The position numbers and the translations under genes are program-made. The notes under the pieces are model-generated. The model was not told where the DNA came from. It saw only the letters and a list, made by a program, of their open reading frames with translations, and made no database searches. Positions 15,832 through 22,549 of a DNA stretch of 42,830 nt are shown here, in pieces. Origin of the DNA: Gemmatimonadales bacterium (lineage in GTDB: Bacteria > Gemmatimonadota > Gemmatimonadetes > Gemmatimonadales > GWC2-71-9); assembly GCA_037189525.1 (NCBI GenBank), contig JBBCJC010000014.1, forward strand, positions 1-42,830, written 5' to 3'. The stretch's first letter is position 1. Every line of letters begins with the position of its first letter.

Positions 15832-16574
15832 AGCAGTTCCGTGTTCTGTCGCTATTCGCCGGGATCGGCGGCTTCGACTTGGGATTAGAGCGCACGGGCG
15901 GCTTTCAAACGGTAGCCTTCTGCGAAATCGATCCGGAGGCCCGAAAGGTTCTGGCGAAGCATTGGCCTGAGGTAACTTGCTATGATGATGTTCGCGGATT
16001 GTCAGCCGAAACGCTCAGACGAGACGGAAACGAAGCGGATTGCATCGTTGGCGGATTCCCTTGCCAAGACATCAGCCTGGCGGGCGCTGGAGAGGGTCTT
16101 GACGGCGAACGCAGTGGACTATGGCGCGAATACGCCAGACTCATTCGCGAAATACGACCGCGGCTCGTCATCGTGGAGAACGTCTCAGCTTTGCTTGGTC
16201 GAGGGATTGACCGAGTTCTCGGAGACCTGGCCGCGATCGGGTATGATGCTGAATGGCACTGCATACCGGCTTCCTACGCTGGTGCGCGACAGCTTCGGGA
16301 CCGCGTTTGGATTGTGGCCTACCCCCAACGCAACAGAGTTCAAGGGTGGACGCCTTTCACCGCGGCGTGGTGTTCGGAACCCAGAACGCAACAACTGGCA
16401 AGACTGGTGCAGCCTTGTGCTTGGCCAACGATATCCAGTGCCCGAGACCACGGAACAGGTCATGGGGTTCCCCGAGGGATACACCGCAATAAGCAACTCG
16501 GAAACGCTGTAGTCCCGCAAATCCCAGAGCTGATCGGCCACGCCATTCTCCAAAGCATGGAGACAGCCGCATGA
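15825..16574 (+). CDS. C5-cytosine DNA methyltransferase, alpha polypeptide (lacks motif IX)
   Basis: Motif I LFAGIGG, IV GFPCQDIS, VI ENV, VIII RDRVWIVA, X LGNAVVPQI. Confidence 0.93.
   Translation: MVKQFRVLSLFAGIGGFDLGLERTGGFQTVAFCEIDPEARKVLAKHWPEVTCYDDVRGLSAETLRRDGNEADCIVGGFPCQDISLAGAGEGLDGERSGLWREYARLIREIRPRLVIVENVSALLGRGIDRVLGDLAAIGYDAEWHCIPASYAGARQLRDRVWIVAYPQRNRVQGWTPFTAAWCSEPRTQQLARLVQPCAWPTISSARDHGTGHGVPRGIHRNKQLGNAVVPQIPELIGHAILQSMETAA
15982..16512 (+). CDS. Nested +1-frame ORF, putative methyltransferase beta polypeptide carrying motif IX; start may be TTG 16099
   Basis: Open for 176 codons inside the MTase; ends PETTEQVMGFPEGYT (motif IX-like) and contains LWPTP. Confidence 0.72.
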   Translation: MMMFADCQPKRSDETETKRIASLADSLAKTSAWRALERVLTANAVDYGANTPDSFAKYDRGSSSWRTSQLCLVEGLTEFSETWPRSGMMLNGTAYRLPTLVRDSFGTAFGLWPTPNATEFKGGRLSPRRGVRNPERNNWQDWCSLVLGQRYPVPETTEQVMGFPEGYTAISNSETL

Positions 16575-16843
16575 GCACACCCCTCGACTACGACGCATCT
16601 GACGACGGAGCGAGAAGCTACCTCGCTGCTATCGAGGCCAAGCGGCTCAGGGGAGACGACTACTATCTTCGCCAGCCTGACGATCTGGGCGTTGATGATG
16701 AGTACGAACGCTCCGAACTCGAATGGGTTCGCGAGAGCGGGCTTGCGGTAGCCACACGCCATTCTGACTGGCGGGTAATCATCGGCCTTTTCGCGCTGCT
16801 TGTGGCAGCGATAGGCGCGTTTGTGTGGTGGGTGCTTGGATGA
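16571..16843 (+). CDS. Hypothetical protein with C-terminal TM helix
   Basis: ATGA-coupled; WRVIIGLFALLVAAIGAFVWWVLG. Confidence 0.7.
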   Translation: MSTPLDYDASDDGARSYLAAIEAKRLRGDDYYLRQPDDLGVDDEYERSELEWVRESGLAVATRHSDWRVIIGLFALLVAAIGAFVWWVLG

Positions 16844-17223
16844 CCAACTCCACCCATACAGTGGCACGGCGGCGGAAACCGGAACAGATCAGCGAGAAGG
16901 CTATCCACGAAGCTGTTGTGGCTCACTGGCGTGCATTCGGGGTTCCGGGCTCCTTCGTTGCGACAATCCCGAACATGCGCGCCCACGGCCAAGCGGGGCT
17001 CACGAAAGGCGTGCCAGACCTGATGGTCATATCGCCTAAGCTCGGTAGCAAAACTGCCTTCCTTGAACTGAAACGGGTCGGTGGGCACTTGACCGACGAG
17101 CAGGCCGATTTCGGCACGCTCTGCATGCTGCTCGGGATACCGTGGGCCGTCGCTTACGGGAGAGTGGAACCCATCAAGGTTCTGGAGGCGTGGGGCGTGG
17201 TCAAACGCACGGTGATGCAATGA
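16840..17223 (+). CDS. VRR-NUC-like PD-(D/E)xK nuclease
   Basis: SEKAIH...GLTKGVPDL...FLELKRVGGHLTDEQ. Confidence 0.88.
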   Translation: MTNSTHTVARRRKPEQISEKAIHEAVVAHWRAFGVPGSFVATIPNMRAHGQAGLTKGVPDLMVISPKLGSKTAFLELKRVGGHLTDEQADFGTLCMLLGIPWAVAYGRVEPIKVLEAWGVVKRTVMQ

Positions 17224-17723
17224 GCGCCGCCCCCGCGATGCCCCTCTTTCTCGATGCCTATCTGGCGGACACGACGCACCTGTGCACCGAGGAGCACGGC
17301 GCATACCTGCTCCTCCTCATGGCTATGTGGAGACGCAACGGAAGCGTTCCCAACGATGACAAAGACCTCGCCAGGATCGTCGGTGTGAGCCCGTCGAAAT
17401 GGCGCAAAATCAAGGATCGCATCCTACCATTTTTGACCATCGAAGGCGACGAAATCTCGCAGAAAAGGCTCAGAAAAGAGTGGGATTTTGTTCAAGGAAA
17501 GCGTCGTAGGAATGAGGAAAATGGACGCCTAGGTGGTCGGCCGAGAGGCAACAAAAACAACGGTTTGCAGATAGCGAACGGTTACTCTGCGCAAAACCCA
17601 AACGAAAGCACCCACACCCACACCCAATCCCAAGAAAAAGCTAGCGCTTTTTCAGGGCGCGCGAGCGCGCAGAAAAAATCTTCTCGCATCGACAGGATTT
17701 TGGAGGGCTTCGCTAATGACTGA
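17220..17723 (+). CDS. YdaU/DUF1376-family replication protein
   Basis: MPLFLDAYLADTTHL.TEEHGAYLLLLMAMW...LARI...QKRL. Confidence 0.9.
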   Translation: MSAAPAMPLFLDAYLADTTHLCTEEHGAYLLLLMAMWRRNGSVPNDDKDLARIVGVSPSKWRKIKDRILPFLTIEGDEISQKRLRKEWDFVQGKRRRNEENGRLGGRPRGNKNNGLQIANGYSAQNPNESTHTHTQSQEKASAFSGRASAQKKSSRIDRILEGFAND

Positions 17724-18345
17724 TCTGGTTACTTCCGATAGCCGCCTTCCAGAGCGGTATCGCCGCAGGGCGGACGAGATTGCATCTCGGGTTCGGTCGA
17801 TTGACGGCCTCATGGTCCCCGCCTCGGTCGAGGCAATTATTGCCGCCGTTGTTCGGATGGCGCGACAGTTCCGGGCGCAGCCGGATGAGGATCAGTCGGA
17901 AATCGGCAGAGAGTTCAAAGCCGCCTGTTCCGATCTGCCGGAATGGGCTGTCTCCGAAGCCGCGAACGACTTCCTCGCCGGCCGCGTGCCGAACCATACC
18001 GGGCAGTTCATGCCGACCTGCGCGGAGTTCGCGAAGCGGGCTCGGGAAATCATCCTGCCGTTCCTTGCCGAACGTTCCGCGCTCCGCGTCGAAGCCGAAA
18101 AGCTTGTCGAGCGCTGGCAGGACGAGGAGCGCCGCAACCGCATTGCCATTGAACGCGCCGATCCGGCAGTGAAGGCGAGGGCGGAAGCGCTCATCGCTCA
18201 AGCGCGACTTGGGCAGACGAAGGCGCTTCCGATGCGCCAGCAGGGAATTTCGCCGGAGAACCAGAAGCGGCTCGACGCGATGAAAAAGCATCGGCCGTTC
18301 GTTTCCAAAATCGGGCACGAGCCCGGCAAGCCCGCAGGAGAGTAG
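17716..18345 (+). CDS. Hypothetical protein, probable replication accessory (helicase-loader position)
   Basis: DLPEWAV..A...F..G......FMPTCAEF; follows the DUF1376 gene. Confidence 0.65.
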   Translation: MTDLVTSDSRLPERYRRRADEIASRVRSIDGLMVPASVEAIIAAVVRMARQFRAQPDEDQSEIGREFKAACSDLPEWAVSEAANDFLAGRVPNHTGQFMPTCAEFAKRAREIILPFLAERSALRVEAEKLVERWQDEERRNRIAIERADPAVKARAEALIAQARLGQTKALPMRQQGISPENQKRLDAMKKHRPFVSKIGHEPGKPAGE

Positions 18346-18348
18346 GCC

Positions 18349-18831
18349 ATGTTTGTCGCGTCTTGTCACAACACCATGGCGGGAGCGCAGCGCATAGCTG
18401 CCGAAGCGCACTTCCGCGAGATCAGGGTCATAGAACCTGTCGCGCCGAAGATGACCCCGCATCTGGAGTACCTTGCGAACCTCGCTCGCGCGCGGCGCAG
18501 GGAGGCGATCAAGGCTGCTGAAGCCTATGCCGAGGCCTATTGCCTTGAGCACGGCGAGGCGGCATTCCGGCACACCTATCTGTTGATCGAAAAGCGCATC
18601 TGCCGGGCGCTCAGGGTTACCAAGGCCGAACTGCGCTCCAACCGCCGGAGTCGCCATATCGTCTTTGCCCGGCAGGCAATTATGTACTGGTCGGCGCGTC
18701 TGACCAATCGGTCATTGCCAGAGTTAGGCCGACTTATGGGCGGCATGGATCACACGACAATCCTGCACGGCAAGAAGGCTTATGCGGGCAAGCGTCTCGC
18801 GCAGGGCCGTTATCTTCGGCCAGCCAGATAG
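18349..18831 (+). CDS. DnaA domain IV (Bac_DnaA_C) HTH protein
   Basis: RRSRHIVFARQAIMY......SLPELGRLMGGMDHTTILHG. Confidence 0.88.
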   Translation: MFVASCHNTMAGAQRIAAEAHFREIRVIEPVAPKMTPHLEYLANLARARRREAIKAAEAYAEAYCLEHGEAAFRHTYLLIEKRICRALRVTKAELRSNRRSRHIVFARQAIMYWSARLTNRSLPELGRLMGGMDHTTILHGKKAYAGKRLAQGRYLRPAR

Positions 18832-18843
18832 CGGGCATAGGAG

Positions 18844-19125
18844 GTGAGCATGTCGGGAAACCGCAAACTCAGCGAAGGCGAACTGGTTTGGCACGGCGAG
18901 TACCCTCCCGAGATAGTCGAGCGAGTACGGGCTGAAATCGCTTCCGACCTGGATGGTGTTCTCGATGAGGCTTCGGATCTGTGTTTCCACACGATGATAC
19001 TGGACGATGAAATCCAGACCAGCCGGATTGTCACTATCTGGGGCGTTGAAGGCGATAGCCGCCTGCACTGCGAGTTCAGCGCAAAGGCTAACTGGCAGCC
19101 CCTTAGCGTTGAAGACGAGGATTGA
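18844..19125 (+). CDS. Acidic hypothetical protein
   Basis: AGGAGG SD; flanked by a 12-bp direct repeat. Confidence 0.7.
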   Translation: MSMSGNRKLSEGELVWHGEYPPEIVERVRAEIASDLDGVLDEASDLCFHTMILDDEIQTSRIVTIWGVEGDSRLHCEFSAKANWQPLSVEDED

Positions 19126-19391
19126 GCATGTCGGAGATGGTGGAGCGGGTGGCGCAATCGGCGAGGGAGGCGGTGGTTGGCGCGCCAGAGAACGTTACCT
19201 TCGGGGAAATGTCCGTGATTGTCGCCCGCGCCGCCATAGAGGCGTTCAACGATGTTGACGACGCCTTTCTCCACGCCCTTTCCGAGCGCATGCACGACGC
19301 CCGTTTCAGCAGAAGCGGAGAGGATTACCCCATCGCCAGAAATTTCATTCGGGCGTTTGTCGACGCCGCTCTCAGCGAGGAACGGGGATGA
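19122..19391 (+). CDS. Hypothetical protein
   Basis: MSEMVERVA...ARAAIEA...FVDAAL phage pattern; coupled to its neighbours. Confidence 0.7.
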   Translation: MSMSEMVERVAQSAREAVVGAPENVTFGEMSVIVARAAIEAFNDVDDAFLHALSERMHDARFSRSGEDYPIARNFIRAFVDAALSEERG

Positions 19392-19579
19392 GGGCGCGCT
19401 ACCGCATCGTTCGCGACGGCTATGCCGGGTACGAAGTTCAGATATGGCGCTGGTGGTGGCCTTTCTGGATAGAGGCCGGCTTCGTTAACACGCATGCGAC
19501 GATCGAACGGGCCGAACGGTGGGCGGAGTGCCACGCGCAGAGGCAAGTCAAGTATCTCGGCCGCTATATCGGCAACTAG
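19388..19579 (+). CDS. Hypothetical protein
   Basis: YRIVRD...YEVQIWRWWWPFW; ATGA-coupled. Confidence 0.7.
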   Translation: MRARYRIVRDGYAGYEVQIWRWWWPFWIEAGFVNTHATIERAERWAECHAQRQVKYLGRYIGN

Positions 19580-19600
19580 ACACCAACGAGGACAGGCGGC

Positions 19601-20170
19601 ATGGCAAAGGCACGATCAAAAGCGGCGAAGATCAAATCCAAGCGTGGCAGGCCGATGCTGGAAGGTGTAGCACGAGAGCCGAACGGGCGAGTGTCGCGCT
19701 CAGGCATCGACTATGGTGCGGCGAATGTGGTGGCGCTTGATGCGCGCCGTCGCCATCTGGCCATTACGGCAGACCAGGCTACGGATCAGAAGGCCGGGAG
19801 CTTTGTGGGGTATCTCAACCTCCTAGGCCCGACGGACGGGCTCTCGGATGAGCAGTACGAGGCCGCCGTCAATTACCTCAACCTGCGGCAGGCGCATCTC
19901 CGGGCTATCGCCGCGCCGGGGCGCGTGACCGATGGCGAGGCGGGTATCCCCGTTTCGGACGTGACGGACGCATACGAAGAATGGGCGATGGATACCGAGG
20001 AAGCCTACGCCAGCTGTCGCAAGGCCATTCAGGCAGCGCAGAACGAGAACAGGGGTGCGAACCTGTGGGCGGCGCTTGACCTGTGCATCCATCAAGATCA
20101 GCACATGCACCACATGATCGGCGATCTGCGTATTCTGTGTAATTCGCTTTCCCGGTTCTTTCGAGTTTGA
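19601..20170 (+). CDS. Hypothetical protein in the late-regulator (Q-like) position
   Basis: Last gene before the late promoter/terminator; basic N-terminus (KRGRP...REPNGR). Function inferred from position only. Confidence 0.65.
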   Translation: MAKARSKAAKIKSKRGRPMLEGVAREPNGRVSRSGIDYGAANVVALDARRRHLAITADQATDQKAGSFVGYLNLLGPTDGLSDEQYEAAVNYLNLRQAHLRAIAAPGRVTDGEAGIPVSDVTDAYEEWAMDTEEAYASCRKAIQAAQNENRGANLWAALDLCIHQDQHMHHMIGDLRILCNSLSRFFRV

Positions 20171-20195
20171 CAAGTTAGGGCAAATCACCCCATAT
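20167..20195 (+). promoter_or_regulatory. Putative late promoter (pR'-like)
   Basis: TTGACA-N17-CCATAT, close to the alphaproteobacterial sigma70 consensus. Confidence 0.65.
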
Positions 20196-20232
20196 TTCGG
20201 ACATCTGATTATGTGTGGCGCTTTGCGCCCTG

Positions 20233-20262
20233 ACCCGCCCGAGCAATCGCGGCGGGTTTTTC
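20233..20262 (+). terminator. Intrinsic terminator (tR'-like)
   Basis: CCCGCCCGA-GCAA-TCGCGGCGGG hairpin followed by TTTTT. Confidence 0.75.
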
Positions 20263-20416
20263 GTTCCCCCCCAGAGCTTCATGCCGCCCCATTCCTTAAA
20301 AGCGATGCGGACGTAGCCTTGCATAGCGATCCATGCGCAAGCCGGGGCAGGCCGCAAGGCAGGTAGGGCTTAATGGATCGCGAGCCGCGACAATCACAAG
20401 ACAGGAGTACCCGCCA

Positions 20417-20848
20417 ATGAACAACGATGCTCTCAAGGGCAGCGGCCCGTCCTTCATTGGCGATCTGGCCCGTATGGGCGGTGATGTCGTCGGAGAGATG
20501 ACGCAGGACCAACTCAAGGGCTCCGGCCCGAGTTTCCCCGCAGACCTTGCGCGCATGGGTGGCGGTATCGTCGGCCCTCAGATCAGCGGCACGCCAGTTC
20601 TTACGGCGACCGAGGACTCTGCCTATGCTGGCTTCACGGTCTCGACGAAGGGCGGCACTGCACCTCTGGTCTATGCCCTTGTCGGCACATGGCCGGCCGG
20701 GATCAGCGTCAACACGTCCTCGGGCGCAGTCTCGGGCACGCCCACTGCTGCCGGCAGTTTCGCGAACCTCTCGGTCAAGGTGACTGACAATGATGGCGAG
20801 GTCTCGCAGCTGCCGACCTTCACGCTGGTTGTGGCGGCTGCGGGCTGA
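20417..20848 (+). CDS. Putative Ig-domain (He_PIG-like) protein with a duplicated N-terminal motif
   Basis: GGTAPLVY...WPAGISVNTSSGAVSGTPTAAGSF...VKVTD; LKGSGPSF..DLARMGG..VG occurs twice. Confidence 0.8.
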   Translation: MNNDALKGSGPSFIGDLARMGGDVVGEMTQDQLKGSGPSFPADLARMGGGIVGPQISGTPVLTATEDSAYAGFTVSTKGGTAPLVYALVGTWPAGISVNTSSGAVSGTPTAAGSFANLSVKVTDNDGEVSQLPTFTLVVAAAG

Positions 20849-20850
20849 CA

Positions 20851-21225
20851 ATGGCGGACGAGCGCGGACCCGAGAAGGACGACAAGACCGGCCGATTCAT
20901 AACCGGCAATAGCGGTGGTGGTCGGCCGAAAGGCTCGCGCAACAAGCTGGGCGAGGCTTTTCTGGAGGACGTACTCGCCGATTGGGAGGCGAATGGGCCT
21001 GCGGCGATCCGGGAAGTCCGAGAGACCAAGCCCGACGCCTACCTCCGGGTTGTCGCGTCGATCCTCCCCAAGGACCTGAACGTCAACATCAACCAGACGG
21101 ATCATATGACGGATGAGCAGCTTGTCGAGCGCATCCGGTCCCTCGACGCCGCTATCCGCCCTTTCCTCGATGTTGAGGGAGCGGGCAGAGCTGGCGGCGA
21201 CGCTGGACCGCAGACTGCGCACTAA
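20851..21225 (+). CDS. terS: Terminase small subunit (putative)
   Basis: GRFITGNSGGGRPKGSRNKL motif; directly upstream of and overlapping terL. Confidence 0.8.
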   Translation: MADERGPEKDDKTGRFITGNSGGGRPKGSRNKLGEAFLEDVLADWEANGPAAIREVRETKPDAYLRVVASILPKDLNVNINQTDHMTDEQLVERIRSLDAAIRPFLDVEGAGRAGGDAGPQTAH

Positions 21226-22549
21226 CCGCCTCCGTCTCTACCGGCCGTACACCAAGCAGAAGGACTTTCACGCGGCGGGGCACTTGTTCCGCGAGCGACT
21301 GTTCATGGCGGGAAACCAGCTCGGCAAGACGCTCTCAGGCGCTGCCGAGGTGGCAATGCACCTTACGGGCGAATATCCCGATTGGTGGCAAGGCAAGCGC
21401 TTCGACCGACCCATCATTGTCATTGCTGGATCGGAATCAGCCGAGCTTACCCGCGACGGTGTGCAGCGTCTTCTCGTTGGCCCGCCAGACCGCGAGGAAG
21501 ACTGGGGGACTGGGTTCATCCCGCAGCGGTCCATTGTGGCCCGGACGCGGCGCATGGGCGTCTCCAACGCGCTCGATACAGTTACAATTCGCCATGTCTC
21601 TGGCGGCCAGTCGACGCTCTACCTCAAGAGCTACGACCAAGGCCGGTCGAAATGGCAGGCGAATACTGTTGATTTTGTCTGGTTCGATGAGGAGCCGCCG
21701 GAGGATGTCTATTTCGAGGGCATAACCCGCACCAACGCGACCAAGGGGTCGGTGATGGTAACGTTCACGCCCCTCAAGGGCATGTCGGCAGTGGTCGCGC
21801 GGTATCTCCTGGAGGATAGCCCAGACCGCACCAGCGTCACGATGACTATCGAGGACGCGGAGCACTTCACGGACGGGGAGCGCGCGAAGATCATCGCGTC
21901 GTATCCGGCGCACGAAAGGGAAGCGCGGACCAAGGGCGTGCCGACTATGGGGTCGGGCTTGATCTTCCCGGTTCTTGAGGATGATATTGTTGTCGAGCCG
22001 TTCGATATCCCGAAGCACTGGGTACAGATCGGCGGGCTTGACTTCGGATGGGACCACCCAACGGCGGCGGCCCATATCGCTTGGGACCGGGACTCTGACG
22101 TCGTTTACCTCGTCAAGGATTATCGCCAGCGCCAAGCAACCCCGATCTTCCACGCCGCTGCCCTGAAGGGGTGGGGCGTCTGGCTCCCGTGGGCGTGGCC
22201 CCATGATGGGAACAACGACACGGCGGCGGGCGAGAATCTGTCGAAGCAGTATAAGGACCAGGGCCTGTCCATGCTTCCTGAGCGGGCGACATTCCCGGAC
22301 GGATCGAACAGCGTCGAGGCAGGTTTGATGGATATGCTCGACCGGATGCTGACGGGGCGATGGAAGGTGTTTCGCACATGCGGTTCATGGCTTGAGGAGC
22401 GGCGTCTTTACCACCGCGTCGATGGCAAGGTGGTGAAGGAGCGCGACGACGCGATTTCCGCATCACGCTACGCGCTGATGATGTTGAGGTTTGCCAAGGC
22501 CAAGCCGAACGCTAGCGATTGGGGCTTCTCAGCGCGAAAGGTGATCTGA
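21170..22549 (+). CDS. terL: Terminase large subunit (P22-like)
   Basis: Walker A AGNQLGKT, Walker B VWFDEEP, TFTPLKG, nuclease GLDFGWDHP and DDAISASRYA. Confidence 0.96.
   Translation: MLRERAELAATLDRRLRTNRLRLYRPYTKQKDFHAAGHLFRERLFMAGNQLGKTLSGAAEVAMHLTGEYPDWWQGKRFDRPIIVIAGSESAELTRDGVQRLLVGPPDREEDWGTGFIPQRSIVARTRRMGVSNALDTVTIRHVSGGQSTLYLKSYDQGRSKWQANTVDFVWFDEEPPEDVYFEGITRTNATKGSVMVTFTPLKGMSAVVARYLLEDSPDRTSVTMTIEDAEHFTDGERAKIIASYPAHEREARTKGVPTMGSGLIFPVLEDDIVVEPFDIPKHWVQIGGLDFGWDHPTAAAHIAWDRDSDVVYLVKDYRQRQATPIFHAAALKGWGVWLPWAWPHDGNNDTAAGENLSKQYKDQGLSMLPERATFPDGSNSVEAGLMDMLDRMLTGRWKVFRTCGSWLEERRLYHRVDGKVVKERDDAISASRYALMMLRFAKAKPNASDWGFSARKVI

Noticed and set aside
15310..16574. Restriction-modification pair (HNH + MTase)
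   Set aside because: The nuclease has the HNH-AP2 architecture of free-standing phage homing endonucleases, so the MTase is more plausibly an orphan.
15825..16574. Frameshifted MTase pseudogene
   Set aside because: The main frame is open from motif I through motif X, and the +1 frame is open far upstream of motif IX. This fits overprinting better than a single indel.
20345..20366. SRP (4.5S) RNA domain IV mimic (CAGGCCGCAAGGCAGG)
   Set aside because: Only loosely similar to CAGGUCCGGAAGGAAGCAG, and the conserved internal-loop bases do not match. Kept only as a generic structured RNA candidate.
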